DNA from: an uncultured delta proteobacterium
GTDB lineage: Bacteria > Desulfobacterota > Binatia > Binatales > Binataceae
NCBI GenBank assembly: GCA_963810495.1
Contig: CAWENP010000001.1
Location: 153,924-217,923 of the forward strand
Length of the DNA: 64,000 bases
Direction of reading: 5' to 3'
Shown: in pieces, positions 1 through 10,323 of the stretch
Layout of the letters: every line of letters begins with the position of its first letter
Position numbering within the stretch: position 1 is the first letter of the stretch
Position numbers and translations under genes: made by a program
The notes under the pieces: model-generated
Told to the model about the DNA's origin: nothing
Seen by the model: only the letters and a program-made list of their open reading frames with translations
The model's database searches: none

Positions 1-906
1 ATTGAGGCTTCCGGCGCGGACTTCGCTGACGACGCCGTTGACGCCGCCGCTTTTGACCGCGCGCGCGGCCCGCTCTTCCATCTCGGCGCTCAGCACCTCG
101 ACGAACTCGCGCGTCCGCCGCTCGCGCTCGCGCTCAGGACTGCGATGGGCCGCGACATATTCGGCGTGGCGCGCGATCGCCGCCACCAGCGCGTCGACGC
201 CCTGGTCGGCCGCCGCCTGCGTCAGTACCACCGGCGGCAGCCATCCGGCGTCCTGGCGGCTCAGATGCACGCCCAGCTCGAGTTCCGCCTTGACCCGGTC
301 GGCGCCCTCGCGGTCAGCCTTGTTGACCACGAACAGGTCGGCAATTTCATTCAGCCCGGCCTTCATCACCTGCACGCCGTCGCCGCCCTCGGGCACCGTC
401 ACCACCACGGTGGTATCGGCAAGGTCCATCACCGAAAGCTCGGTCTGGCCGACGCCAACGGTCTCGATGATGATGATGTCGAAGCCGAAGGCGTCGAGCA
501 GCTTCACGACCTCGCGCGCGGCGCGGCTCAGTCCGCCATGGCTGCCGCGGCTCGAGAGGCTGCGGATGTAAACGCCGGAGTCCCGATAATGGTCGGTCAT
601 GCGCACGCGATCGCCGAGCACCGCGCCGCCGGAAAAGGGGCTCGAGGGATCGATCGCGAGCACTCCGACCTCCTTGCGCTGCGCGCGATACTTGGCGATG
701 AGGCGGTTGACCAGCGTCGATTTGCCGGCGCCCGGCGCGCCGGTCACCCCGATAATGTAGGCGTGACCGACGCGCGAATAGATGCGCTCCATCACGGTGC
801 TGACCACGGCGGCGCGGTTCTCGACCAGCGTGATCAGCCGGGCCAGGGCCAGGCGATCGCGAGCCGCGAAGCCCTCGAGCAGTGAGTTCAAACGCGCGTT
901 ATCCAC
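1..906 (-). CDS. meaB: Methylmalonyl-CoA-mutase-associated GTPase MeaB/ArgK (LAO/AO transport ATPase family). The C-terminus runs off the window edge. A GTG start is inferred near 906.
   Basis: Reverse-complement translation of 661-900 gives ...LLEGFAARDRLALARLITLVENRAAVVSTVMERIYSRVGHAYIIGVTGAPGAGKSTLVNRLIAKYRAQRKEVGV..., which is the MeaB P-loop and N-terminal helix. There is no stop before the window edge. Confidence 0.85.
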   Translation of the reverse strand, partial: MDNARLNSLLEGFAARDRLALARLITLVENRAAVVSTVMERIYSRVGHAYIIGVTGAPGAGKSTLVNRLIAKYRAQRKEVGVLAIDPSSPFSGGAVLGDRVRMTDHYRDSGVYIRSLSSRGSHGGLSRAAREVVKLLDAFGFDIIIIETVGVGQTELSVMDLADTTVVVTVPEGGDGVQVMKAGLNEIADLFVVNKADREGADRVKAELELGVHLSRQDAGWLPPVVLTQAAADQGVDALVAAIARHAEYVAAHRSPERERERRTREFVEVLSAEMEERAARAVKSGGVNGVVSEVRAGSLN

Positions 907-1078
907 CGGATTCGTAAGGTTATCCTCTTTGGCCTATTGATGATAACCGCTGGGGCGTCGCGGGCGCAATTCAAAGACATTTGAGGCGGCGCGCGGCACG
1001 GCGCGTCAACCTGTTCATCATTGTTGCTGGCCTTGTTGTCTTGACCCGGCAGTGCGCATATTGTGCAGCCAAATACTG

Positions 1079-1492
1079 ATGAAACTGCCTGACGTTTACA
1101 CCGACTGGCGAATCGTGGCGGGACTCGCGCTGATCGTGCTCGGCGCAGTCAACTGGGAAATCGGCCGCGCCCGCACCCAGGAATACAGCCGCGTCGTCGC
1201 CGGCACCGCGGATGTCGCCGCCGATGAGGCCTACCGCAGCTTCGACGAACTCGACCCGCACACCGACCGCGAAGTGCTGGCGCCGTTCACCAACGCGCAG
1301 CGCCAGGTCTCCTACGCGACCGCCCGGATGGACTTCTACCACGCGACGTTTCTCACCGGGCAGGCGCTGGTGCTGGCCGGCGTGGCGCTGACGCTGGTCG
1401 GCTTCATCGTGATAATCCAGCGCGATAACCGCCACGTCCATCGCAGGCTGCGGGCAACCCTGGGCGGCAACGCGCCGCCGCACGCGCACTAG
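1079..1492 (+). CDS. Hypothetical small membrane protein with two predicted TM helices.
   Basis: ORF 1052..1492 contains WRIVAGLALIVLGAVNW and LTGQALVLAGVALTLVGFIVII hydrophobic segments. An internal Met at 1079 is the likely start. The overlapping minus-strand ORF 971..1543 is Arg-rich junk. Confidence 0.4.
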   Translation: MKLPDVYTDWRIVAGLALIVLGAVNWEIGRARTQEYSRVVAGTADVAADEAYRSFDELDPHTDREVLAPFTNAQRQVSYATARMDFYHATFLTGQALVLAGVALTLVGFIVIIQRDNRHVHRRLRATLGGNAPPHAH

Positions 1493-1545
1493 CAACGCCG
1501 CGGCCGCGCGTCGTCTCGCCTTCCGATGGTTCCAGGAACGCACGA

Positions 1546-2460
1546 ATGGTCAAGCTGCTCGCCGAGCCGGCGCCGGCCAAGATAAATCTCTTCCTGCGCG
1601 TCGTCGGCCGGCGCGCCGACGGCTATCACGAACTCGATTCAGTCTTTGTCCCGGTCTCGTTGTGCGACCAGGTGCGGGTGGAAATTCGCGTGGAACCGCG
1701 CAGCACCGCCGGTACGACGATCGCCATGCATTGTGATCGCGACGACCTGCCCGCGGGCGAAAAAAACCTGGCATGGCGCGCCGCCGACACGTTCCTCGGC
1801 GAGTTCGGCGCCGAGATTCATCGCCCGCGCGAGGTCGCGATCGATCTGCGCAAGGAAATCCCGATAGGCGCGGGCCTGGGCGGCGGCTCGAGCGACGCCG
1901 GCGCGGTGCTGCGCATGATGGCCGCGCTATGCCGCATCGACGACCCGTCGCGGCTTGCCCGGGTTGCGCTCGCACTGGGCGCCGACGTCCCGTTTTTCCT
2001 GGATCCGCATGTCGCGCACGTCGGCGGCGTGGGGGAGCGTATCGCGCCGCTTGAAATCATTGCGTCGAGCGAGCGCGCGCCGCTATCGCGAACTCTGCTG
2101 TGGATGGTAATCGCGGTGCCGCCGGTCGAGGTTTCAACCAAGGAAGTCTTCCGCGCGCTTTCGCCCGAACAATGGAGCGGTGCCGCGCCCGCCGAGCATC
2201 TGAACGCGATCGCCTCGGGCGCGATCAGGCCGGCGATGCTGCAAAACGACCTGGCGGCGGCGGCGATGGCGCGATATCCGGAAATCGCGCAACTGCGGTC
2301 GGCGCTGCTTGCGGCCGGAGCGAAGGGTGCGTCGATGTCGGGGAGCGGCGGCGCGGTCTTTGGAATTTTCCCTGGCGCGCAGGAGGCTGCTCAGGCCGCC
2401 AGCAAAATGCGTCAGAATCATCCACAGGCACGATATTACGTCGTAAATTCGCTCTTTTAA
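1546..2460 (+). CDS. ispE: 4-diphosphocytidyl-2-C-methyl-D-erythritol kinase
   Basis: N-terminus PAPAKINLFLRVVGRRADGYHELDSVF and the GHMP kinase motif PIGAGLGGGSSDAGAV. It sits in the conserved ispE-tRNA-Gln-prs-rplY order. Confidence 0.9.
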   Translation: MVKLLAEPAPAKINLFLRVVGRRADGYHELDSVFVPVSLCDQVRVEIRVEPRSTAGTTIAMHCDRDDLPAGEKNLAWRAADTFLGEFGAEIHRPREVAIDLRKEIPIGAGLGGGSSDAGAVLRMMAALCRIDDPSRLARVALALGADVPFFLDPHVAHVGGVGERIAPLEIIASSERAPLSRTLLWMVIAVPPVEVSTKEVFRALSPEQWSGAAPAEHLNAIASGAIRPAMLQNDLAAAAMARYPEIAQLRSALLAAGAKGASMSGSGGAVFGIFPGAQEAAQAASKMRQNHPQARYYVVNSLF

Positions 2461-2547
2461 ATTGTGCCGCAAGGCGCACCGCCCTCCCTGCCGCCGGTAG
2501 ATCCTTCCCCCAGCACTGCAACTTGTGAAATTAGTCGAAAGCCGCGA

Positions 2548-2577
2548 TTGACACCCAAAAACACCATCAATTAACAT
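2548..2577 (+). promoter_or_regulatory. Candidate sigma-70 promoter (TTGACA, 18 nt spacer, TAACAT) upstream of tRNA-Gln.
   Basis: The sequence reads cgaTTGACAcccaaaaacaccatcaatTAACATccg. It lies about 220 nt upstream of the tRNA, so the assignment is tentative. Confidence 0.3.
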
Positions 2578-2800
2578 CCGTGTCACAAAGCCGCAGCGCG
2601 CCGCGTGCTGCGGCCAATAGTTTGGGCCGATCCGTTGGCAGCAGTTCCGCGTCACAGCTTCATCACAGCCTCATCGGATGACAGGCGGCGGCGGGCGGCC
2701 ATCCGGCGCGCGGAGCCAAGCGCGAACGGCGTGTGCCATGGGCCTGTGCTATGCTCGATGGCCCTTCAGCATGAGCGGACGGAAGGGACGCGGCCCGTGC

Positions 2801-2876
2801 TGGGCGGTCGCCAAGCTGGTAAGGCACCAGGCTTTGGACCTGGCATTCGAAGGTTCGAATCCTTCCCGCCCAGCCA
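2801..2876 (+). tRNA. tRNA-Gln (anticodon UUG)
   Basis: Manual cloverleaf. Acceptor stem TGGGCGG/CCGCCCA, discriminator G, CCA encoded. Anticodon stem CCAGG/CCTGG with loop CTTTGGA (anticodon TTG at 2834-2836). T-arm GAAGG-TTCGAAT-CCTTC. Very similar to the E. coli tRNA-Gln scaffold. Confidence 0.85.
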
Positions 2877-2988
2877 TCATTTTTGGCCGCTCGCGCGAGT
2901 GCGGGAAGGGCGGGCATGAACGCGAGCTATGACGGCGTTGAAATGATGCGCGAAGAGTCAAGATTTTGCCTTGGCCGGAGGGGCCGAG

Positions 2989-3948
2989 ATGCCTGAACGG
3001 GCGAAAGACGAACTGGAGATTTTCACCGGCAGCTCCAACCCGGCGCTGGCGCGCGAGGTGTGCGAGCATCTCGGCGTGCGGCTGGGCGAGGCCGAAGTCG
3101 GCCGCTTCCCGGATGGCGAGGTGATGGTCGAAGTGCGCGAGAACGTGCGCGGTGGCGATTGCTTCGTGCTCCAGTCGATCTGCACCCCGCCCAACGACAA
3201 CCTGATGGAGCTGTTGTTGCTGATGGACGCGCTGAGACGCGCCTCGGCCAAGCGCATCAGCGCGGTGATTCCCTATTTCGGTTATTCGCGCCAGGACCGC
3301 AAGGTCGCCCCGCGGGTGCCAATCAGCGCCAAGCTGGTCGCCGATGTGATCACCGCCGCTGGCGCCTCGCGCGTGCTGACGGTCGATCTCCACGCCGGCC
3401 AGATCCAGGGCTTCTTCAATATCCCGGTCGACAACCTGTACGCGATGCCGGTGCTGATCCAGTACCTGCGCAAGCGCCTGGACGGCCGCCGTGTCTCAGT
3501 GGTCTCGCCCGACGCCGGCGGCGTGGAGCGGGCGCGCGCGTTTGCACGGCGGCTCAACGCCAACCTCGCGATCATCGACAAACGCCGCCCACGCGCGAGC
3601 GAGGTGGCCGAGATGCAACTGGTTGGCGAAGTTCGTGATTCCTCGGCGCTGCTGGTCGACGACATGATCGACACCGCCGGCACGATTACCGAGGCGGCAA
3701 AGGTCGTGATGAACGCCGGCGCGACCGAAGTGCTGGCCTGCGCGACCCATCCGATCCTCTCCGACCCGGCCTGCGAACGCCTGAACAAGTCGAATATCAA
3801 GGAAATGATCACCACCAACACGATCCCGCTGCGCGCCAAGGCGCAGGCGGAACTCGGCTCGCTCAAAGTGCTGTCGGTCGCGAGCCTTATAGCGGAAGCC
3901 ATCCGGCGCATACATAATGAAGAGTCGGTGAGCTCGCTTTTCAATTGA
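2989..3948 (+). CDS. prs: Ribose-phosphate pyrophosphokinase (PRPP synthetase)
   Basis: ORF 2971..3948 with internal Met at 2989 and a GGAGGGG RBS. Shows [22 protein letters not shown], and VLIQYLRKR..., typical of Prs. Confidence 0.9.
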   Translation: MPERAKDELEIFTGSSNPALAREVCEHLGVRLGEAEVGRFPDGEVMVEVRENVRGGDCFVLQSICTPPNDNLMELLLLMDALRRASAKRISAVIPYFGYSRQDRKVAPRVPISAKLVADVITAAGASRVLTVDLHAGQIQGFFNIPVDNLYAMPVLIQYLRKRLDGRRVSVVSPDAGGVERARAFARRLNANLAIIDKRRPRASEVAEMQLVGEVRDSSALLVDDMIDTAGTITEAAKVVMNAGATEVLACATHPILSDPACERLNKSNIKEMITTNTIPLRAKAQAELGSLKVLSVASLIAEAIRRIHNEESVSSLFN

Positions 3949-4031
3949 GAGACGGGTTCAACCGATTTCCGATCCGATTTGCGTTGAACTGATTCATCCC
4001 GAATGATTTATGCCGATATGTAAGCGAGGAC

Positions 4032-4787
4032 GTGATGGAGACTGTCGAACTGGCCGCCGAAATCAGAGAGACGCGGCCCAAGAGCCGCCGCCGCGGACTG
4101 CGCCGCGAAGGCCGTATCCCCGCGGTTCTCTACGGACCCAAGACCAAGGCGACCCCGATCGCGATAAGCAGCACCGAGTTGCGCTCGCGCGTCTCGGCCA
4201 GCGCCCGCCAGCGCCTGATGCGGCTTAAGTCGAGTTCGCCTGAGCTCAACGACCGCCACGTCATCGTCAAGGAGATCCAGCGCGCGCCGGTCAGCGGCAA
4301 TTTCGTCCATGCCGATCTCTACGAGGTCGATCTCACGCAGCCGCTCCGCGTCGCAGTGCCGCTGCGCTTCACCGGCAAGGCGCACGGCGTCGCCGAGGGC
4401 GGCATCCTGCAACCCCTGGTGCGTGAGGTGGAGGTCGAATGTCTGCCGCTGGAGATTCCCGACGCGGTCGAGGTCGACGTGAGCGCGCTCGACATCCATG
4501 ACGTGATCCACGTCTCGGCGATGACCTTCCCAGGCAACCTCAAGCCGATTTTCGATACCGACTATCCGGTGGTCACCGTGCTGCCGCCGACCGTCGCCGA
4601 GGCGCCGGTCGCCGCCGCCGCGGCCGAGGCCGCGCCGGTCGAAGGCGCCGAAGGTGCCGAAGGCATGGCAGCCGCGCCAGCGGCGGGCGCCGCCGAGGCG
4701 GGCGCCAAGGGCGCTGCCAAGGAGGCCGCCAAGGGCGGCGCCAAAGAGGCCGCCGCCGACAAGGGCGGCGGCCAGAAGAAGGGTTGA
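4032..4787 (+). CDS. rplY: 50S ribosomal protein L25 / general stress protein Ctc, with an Ala/Lys/Glu-rich C-terminal tail.
   Basis: N-terminus ELAAEIRETRPKSRRRGLRREGRIPAVLYG matches L25. Downstream of prs as in many genomes. The tail AAAEAAPVEGAEGAEG...AKGAAKEAAKGGAKEAAADKGGGQKKG is low complexity. Confidence 0.85.
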   Translation: MMETVELAAEIRETRPKSRRRGLRREGRIPAVLYGPKTKATPIAISSTELRSRVSASARQRLMRLKSSSPELNDRHVIVKEIQRAPVSGNFVHADLYEVDLTQPLRVAVPLRFTGKAHGVAEGGILQPLVREVEVECLPLEIPDAVEVDVSALDIHDVIHVSAMTFPGNLKPIFDTDYPVVTVLPPTVAEAPVAAAAAEAAPVEGAEGAEGMAAAPAAGAAEAGAKGAAKEAAKGGAKEAAADKGGGQKKG

Positions 4788-4868
4788 TGCGCGCCGCGAG
4801 GCTGCCGCCTTTGGCAGCGGCCGCGCGGCGGCGACGGTGGTTGTTGCGAGGAGGAGGTTACGTCCCTG

Positions 4869-7800
4869 ATGAGCTTCGCCCATCTCCACGTCCATACCCA
4901 ATACAGCCTGCTCGACGGCGCCAACAAGATCGAACCGCTGCTCGAACACGCGCACGCCTCGGGCATGTCCGCGATGGCCATCACCGACCATGGCAACATG
5001 TTCGGCGCGGTCGAGTTCTTCAGCAAAGCCACCCAGCACGGAATCAAGCCGATCATAGGATGCGAGGCCTACGTCGCGCCCGGCAAGCGCACCGATCGCT
5101 CGCAGGTGCCCAAGGGCGACGACTTCGACGGCGGCGGCAACTTCCATCTGATCCTGCTCGCCGCTTCGCGTACCGGCTATCGCAATCTCTGCCGCCTGCT
5201 GAGCGCGGCCTACCAGGAGGGCCTCTACTACAAGCCGCGCATCGACAAGGAAATACTCACCGAGCTCAACGAAGGCATCATCGCACTCTCGGGATGTCTC
5301 TCGGGTGAGGTCGCGCGATGGCTCCGCGCGGGACGGATCGACAAGGCGCGCGAGGCGGCCGAGAGCTACGCGCACATTTTCAAGGACCGCTTCTACCTCG
5401 AACTGCAGGACAATCGCCTGCACGCGCCGCTCAACGACGCGCTGCGCGAGATCGGCCGCACCGCCGGTCTGCCGCTGGTCGCCACCAACGATTGCCACTA
5501 CCTCCATCGCGGCGACGCGCGCGCCCACGAAGTCTTGCTCTGCATCCAGACCGGCAAGACGCTCGCCGACGAATCGCGATGGCGCTTCGATACCGACGAG
5601 CTTTACGTCAAAACGCCCGAGGAGATGGCCAAGGCGTTCGGCGCAGAGTCCGAGGAGTTCCGCAACACGATGGAGATCGCGCGGCGGGTCGACTTCGAGT
5701 TCGAGTTCGGCAAGTTCCATTTCCCGATTTACCAGGACGCGCCGCCCGACGATCTCGACCAGGTGCTGGAAGCTCGCGTGAAGGCAGGGCTACAGGCGCG
5801 GCTTGCGGAGTTGCACGCGCGCCGCGGCAAATTCGACGAAGCGCCCTACTACGAGCGGCTCGGCCGCGAATTGCCGGTCATCCGCGAGATGGGCTTTTCA
5901 GGCTACATGCTGATCGTCGCCGACTTTATCGACTACGCGCGCAGCCAGGGTATCCCGGTCGGCCCGGGCCGCGGCTCGGTGGTCGGCAGCCTGGTCTCTT
6001 ATGCGCTCAGGATAACCGAGGTCGATCCGATCGAGCACAAGCTCTTGTTCGAGCGATGGCTCAACCCGGGACGCAAGTCGATGCCCGATATCGACGTCGA
6101 CTTCTGCTTCGAGCGGCGCGACGAGGTGCTCAACTATGTGCGCGCGAAATATGGTGCCGACCGCGTCGCGCAGATCATCACCTTCGGCACGATCAAGGGA
6201 AAACAGGCCATCCGCGACGTCGGCCGCGTGCTCGGGCTGTCGTTCGCCGAGACCGACCGTATCGTCAAGCTCTATCCGACGCCCAAGCAGGGCCGCGACT
6301 TCCCATTAAGCGCGGCGCTCGAGATGGAGCCGCGGCTTAGGGCGGAACGCGAGAGCCATCCCGATCTTTTCGAGTACGCCTTCAAGCTCGAGGGGCTGCT
6401 GCGTCATGCCTCGCGCCACGCTGCCGGCGTGGTCATCTCCGACGTTCCGTTGGCCGAGGTCGTTCCGCTCTACGCCGATAAGGAACGAACCGACGGCGCG
6501 ATGGCGATTACGCAGTACTCGATGAAGGGGGTCGAGGAGATCGGCCTCATCAAATTCGACTTCCTCGCGCTCAAGAACCTGACTCTCATAGTCGAGACGC
6601 TTAACCTGGTGCGCGCCGGCGGCAAGGAGCCGCCGGACCTGAACCGGTTGCCGCTCGACGATCCCGAGAGCTACCGCTTGCTCGCGCGCGGCGACACGGT
6701 CGGCGTGTTCCAGATGGAAGGGTCAGGGATGCGCCGTTTTTTGACGGAGCTCAAGCCCTCGAACTTCGAGGACGTGATCGCGGCGATCTCGCTGTTTCGT
6801 CCCGGCACGCTGGATTCCGGGATGGTCGATCCGTTCATCAAGCGCAAGCATGGCAAGGAGCCGGTGGAATACGACCATCAACTGCTCGAGCCGGTGCTGC
6901 GCGACACTTACGGCGTGATCATCTATCAGGAACAGGTGATGCGCGCGGCGCAGGCGCTAGCCGGCTACACACTGGAGGAAGCCGACATCCTGCGCGCCGC
7001 GATGGGCAAGAAGAACAAGGCGCAGATGGAGCGCGAGCGAGCGCGCTTTCTCGACGGCGCGAAGAAAAACGGGCTCGAGGCCGCGCTCGCCAAATCGATC
7101 TTCGAGAAGATCGAAACCTTTGCCTCCTACGGCTTCAACCGCTCACATGCCGCCGCCTACGCGCTGACCACTTACACCACCGCGTACTTGAAAGCGCATT
7201 ATCCGCACGAGTTCATGGCGGCGCTGATGTCGCTCGACATGGACGACGTCGACAAGTCTTACAAGAACATCGCCGCGCTGCGCGAGATGCGCATCGCGCT
7301 GCTGCCGCCCGACGTCAACCACAGCGGCGTGAAGTTCACGGTCTCGGGCGACGCGATTCGCTTCGGCCTGGGCGCAATCCGCGGCGTGGGCAGCAAGAGC
7401 GCCGAGGCGATGATCGCGGTGCGTCTAAGCGGCGGCCCGTTCAAGGACCTGCTGGATTTCTGCCTGCGCGTCGGCACCCAGCTGGTCAACCGGCGCGTGC
7501 TCGAGGCGCTGATCAAGTGCGGCGCGTTCGATTCGAACTCGCCCTCGCGGGCGCCCCTGATGGCGATGGTCGAGGACGCGCTCAAGGTCGCGCAAAAGGC
7601 CGAGAGCGACGCCGCCAAGGGCCAGCACGGACTGTTCGGCGCCGCCGCGCGTCCGCAGGCGCTGCCGCCGCCGCGCGATCCGGTCGCCGAGTGGGATCAG
7701 AAAGAGATGCTGCGCAACGAGAAGGAGGCGCTCGGCTTCTACATCACCGCCCATCCGCTCGACAAATACGACCGCGAGCTGCGCCGGCTCGGCGGCGTCT

Positions 7801-8330
7801 CGACCGCGGATTTGACTTCGCTGCCTGACGGCAGCCAGGTGCGTATCGCCGGTGTGGTGCAGGCGGCCAAGCTCAAGAACAACAAGGCCGGCAAGCGCTA
7901 CGCGACATTCTCGCTGGAGGACCGGGAGGGCGCGGTCGAAGTGATCGCGTGGCCGGAGACCTACCAGAAGCACGAAGCGCTGATCATGGGCGACGAGCCG
8001 GTGGTGGCGCGCGGCAAGCTGGACGTCGACGACGAGCGCGCGCAGGTGATCCTCGACGAGATGCGGCCGCTGGGGACGGCGCTGGTCGACGCGGTGCGCG
8101 AGGTGCATATCACGGCGCCGCGCGAGCGTCTGGCCAACGGCGCGCTGGAGGAACTGAAGGCGGTGCTCGGACGCCATAGCGGGCGCGCGATCACCTATTT
8201 GCATCTGGCGCTCGACGACGCGCACGAGGCGATCTTTTTGCTCGGCGACAGTTATCGGGTCGCGCCGACCGACGATTTCGTCGCTGCGGTCGAGAACACC
8301 CTCGCCCCGGCGTCGGTGATGCTGCGCTAG
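4869..8330 (+). CDS. dnaE: DNA polymerase III alpha subunit
   Basis: 1153 aa. PHP-domain start MSFAHLHVHTQYSLLDGANKIEPLLEHA. Strong GAGGAGG RBS. Confidence 0.95.
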   Translation: MSFAHLHVHTQYSLLDGANKIEPLLEHAHASGMSAMAITDHGNMFGAVEFFSKATQHGIKPIIGCEAYVAPGKRTDRSQVPKGDDFDGGGNFHLILLAASRTGYRNLCRLLSAAYQEGLYYKPRIDKEILTELNEGIIALSGCLSGEVARWLRAGRIDKAREAAESYAHIFKDRFYLELQDNRLHAPLNDALREIGRTAGLPLVATNDCHYLHRGDARAHEVLLCIQTGKTLADESRWRFDTDELYVKTPEEMAKAFGAESEEFRNTMEIARRVDFEFEFGKFHFPIYQDAPPDDLDQVLEARVKAGLQARLAELHARRGKFDEAPYYERLGRELPVIREMGFSGYMLIVADFIDYARSQGIPVGPGRGSVVGSLVSYALRITEVDPIEHKLLFERWLNPGRKSMPDIDVDFCFERRDEVLNYVRAKYGADRVAQIITFGTIKGKQAIRDVGRVLGLSFAETDRIVKLYPTPKQGRDFPLSAALEMEPRLRAERESHPDLFEYAFKLEGLLRHASRHAAGVVISDVPLAEVVPLYADKERTDGAMAITQYSMKGVEEIGLIKFDFLALKNLTLIVETLNLVRAGGKEPPDLNRLPLDDPESYRLLARGDTVGVFQMEGSGMRRFLTELKPSNFEDVIAAISLFRPGTLDSGMVDPFIKRKHGKEPVEYDHQLLEPVLRDTYGVIIYQEQVMRAAQALAGYTLEEADILRAAMGKKNKAQMERERARFLDGAKKNGLEAALAKSIFEKIETFASYGFNRSHAAAYALTTYTTAYLKAHYPHEFMAALMSLDMDDVDKSYKNIAALREMRIALLPPDVNHSGVKFTVSGDAIRFGLGAIRGVGSKSAEAMIAVRLSGGPFKDLLDFCLRVGTQLVNRRVLEALIKCGAFDSNSPSRAPLMAMVEDALKVAQKAESDAAKGQHGLFGAAARPQALPPPRDPVAEWDQKEMLRNEKEALGFYITAHPLDKYDRELRRLGGVSTADLTSLPDGSQVRIAGVVQAAKLKNNKAGKRYATFSLEDREGAVEVIAWPETYQKHEALIMGDEPVVARGKLDVDDERAQVILDEMRPLGTALVDAVREVHITAPRERLANGALEELKAVLGRHSGRAITYLHLALDDAHEAIFLLGDSYRVAPTDDFVAAVENTLAPASVMLR

Positions 8331-8445
8331 GTTTTCACTCCCGCCCGCATGTCCTTTCTGAGCCCTCTTCCGCAAATGATGCGGGCGAGCGCTCAGACAG
8401 GACGTGTCGGAAGGAATGCTTTCCAGCTATGAATTAATTATTCCT

Positions 8446-9207
8446 CTACCAGATGCCGGGGATGAAGCACTCGGTCTCCTGAAGATAGCGCGCGTAATCG
8501 TCGCCGAACTGCGCCAGCATCTCGGCCTCTTCCGTCGCGGCGCGCATCCGGCCCATCACAATCCCGAATATGATCGTTAAGGCCGCGCTTATCGGTGCGC
8601 CGAACTCGAGCGCCCAGGCGAAGACCACCAGGAACTCGCCGAGCCAGATCGGATGGCGAATCGTGCCGTATAGCCCGTTGCGCACCAGCGCGCGCGGACC
8701 GCCGGACTCCGGCGTCGAGCTGAAAAAGCCGAGCTGGATTCGCGCGCCGAGCGCCAGCCACAGGCCCAGCAGCTCCATCAGCAAACCCAGCGCCTGCACC
8801 CATCGCGCCACTTCACCGCCGTATATGTAAGTGCGTTCGAACGGCGCCGCCGCGAACAGCAGCAACACCGGCAACTGGCGCAGGATCGATCCCGAAAACA
8901 GCGCGGTGTCGGGTGGCGGCTCGAAATCCTCGCGCACCATCACGTCGGCGAGACGAAAGCCGGCGTACGCGATCAGGTAAGCGAGGGTGTATGGATGCTC
9001 GCCGAAGTACTGGCTGATTCCCAGTCCCAGCGCGACCGCACCCACCGCCGCCACCAAAAAAACGATAAGCTCGGAGACCCGGATATCGATCCGGCGCCAG
9101 CGCCGCGGCACCGCTCTTGCGGGAAGCGGGCCGAGACCGCCGGTGGGCGCCTTGAGCTCCCCGGTCGGCTTGCGCGGCTCGGCCTGCGTTCCGTTTCCCC
9201 CTTCCAT
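8446..9207 (-). CDS. Isoprenylcysteine carboxyl methyltransferase (ICMT) / phospholipid methyltransferase family membrane protein.
   Basis: Multi-TM protein with the C-terminal signature RALVRNGLYGTIRHPIWLGEFLVVFAW. Confidence 0.6.
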   Translation of the reverse strand: MEGGNGTQAEPRKPTGELKAPTGGLGPLPARAVPRRWRRIDIRVSELIVFLVAAVGAVALGLGISQYFGEHPYTLAYLIAYAGFRLADVMVREDFEPPPDTALFSGSILRQLPVLLLFAAAPFERTYIYGGEVARWVQALGLLMELLGLWLALGARIQLGFFSSTPESGGPRALVRNGLYGTIRHPIWLGEFLVVFAWALEFGAPISAALTIIFGIVMGRMRAATEEAEMLAQFGDDYARYLQETECFIPGIW

Positions 9208-9289
9208 GTGGGCAAATCTTGGCAGGATGAAGGCCGCGATTCAAAGGAAAGGCGTCGGGCGGCCGTGCGCCAGCGCTGATTACGCGTCG

Positions 9290-10270
9290 CTAGCCCAGCC
9301 GGCGCAAGGTGTCGCGGTCGCCGATCGCGACCAGGAAATCGCCCGCCTCGATACGGGTTACGGGATCGGGAATCAGCGTGCTCGGAGCGTCGCCGCGCTT
9401 GAGCGCGACGATCCGCAGCCGTGTCGAGCTCTGCTCGACCGCGGTGATCGACTGGCCGACGAGCGCACTGCCCGCGGCCACGCGAATCTCCTCTAGATCG
9501 ATCTCGGCGCCACGCCCCGGAAACGAAAGCTCCAGGAAGTCGACCACCGATGGGCGCATAACGCTGGCTGCCAGCCGTAGCGCGCCCCACTGGTAGGCCG
9601 CAACGGCCTGGTCCGCTCCCGCCATCCGCAGGTGCTGCAAGCCGACCTCCGTCTCGCCGCGCGCGTGGATGTTGATTTTCGGGTTCATCGCGCGGGCCGA
9701 GAGCGTAATAAAGACGTTGTCGGCGTCGGAGGCAGTGACGACCACGATTGCACGCGCCCGCGGCAGGCCCGCCTCCTCTAGCACACGATCCTCCAGCGCG
9801 GATCCGATCACGAAGAGCAGGCCGGAGGCGGCCAACTCGGCTTCGCGCGCCGAGTCGCGCTCGATCACCACCGCCTGGCCGCCGCTGCGCATCACTTCCT
9901 CGGCCACCACGCGGCCCATCCTGCCGAACCCGCAAATCACGACGTGGCCTTCGAGTTTTTCGATCTTGTGCTTCATCGCAACCCTCCCGAACGCCGCGCG
10001 CAACTGACCTTCGACCACGAACTGGGTGACGGCTGCGAAGATGTAGAACGCGGCGCCGACGCCGGTCACGATCAGTACCATCGTGAAGATCCGTCCACCC
10101 GTGCCGAGCGGCTTCACCTCTTCGTAGCCGACGGTGGAGATGGTGATGATGGTCATGTAGAGCGCGTCGAGCGCCGACATGTGCTCGATCGCCATATAGC
10201 CTGCGGTGCCGCACGCCGTGAGCACCACGATGGCGGCGATCGCGACCAGGAGGTTGCGCCCCGGGCTCAT
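9290..10270 (-). CDS. Potassium channel protein with RCK (TrkA-N/TrkA-C) domains
   Basis: Pore helix and filter TIITISTVGYEEV, followed by a Rossmann VVICGFGRMGRVVAEE and a TrkA-C-like C-terminus. Confidence 0.75.
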   Translation of the reverse strand: MSPGRNLLVAIAAIVVLTACGTAGYMAIEHMSALDALYMTIITISTVGYEEVKPLGTGGRIFTMVLIVTGVGAAFYIFAAVTQFVVEGQLRAAFGRVAMKHKIEKLEGHVVICGFGRMGRVVAEEVMRSGGQAVVIERDSAREAELAASGLLFVIGSALEDRVLEEAGLPRARAIVVVTASDADNVFITLSARAMNPKINIHARGETEVGLQHLRMAGADQAVAAYQWGALRLAASVMRPSVVDFLELSFPGRGAEIDLEEIRVAAGSALVGQSITAVEQSSTRLRIVALKRGDAPSTLIPDPVTRIEAGDFLVAIGDRDTLRRLG

Positions 10271-10323
10271 CCGATGCGGTTCCGCACCGCCGGCACATCG
10301 GCTGTTTCCCCGCTACGCAGAAT

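Noticed and set aside
145-885. 246 aa plus-strand ORF
   Set aside because: Antisense to the clearly recognisable MeaB/ArgK gene on the minus strand (P-loop GVTGAPGAGKST). His/Arg/Gly-rich composition is typical of high-GC antisense frames.
4008-5720. 570 aa minus-strand ORF
   Set aside because: Antisense to rplY and the 5' part of dnaE. No motifs.
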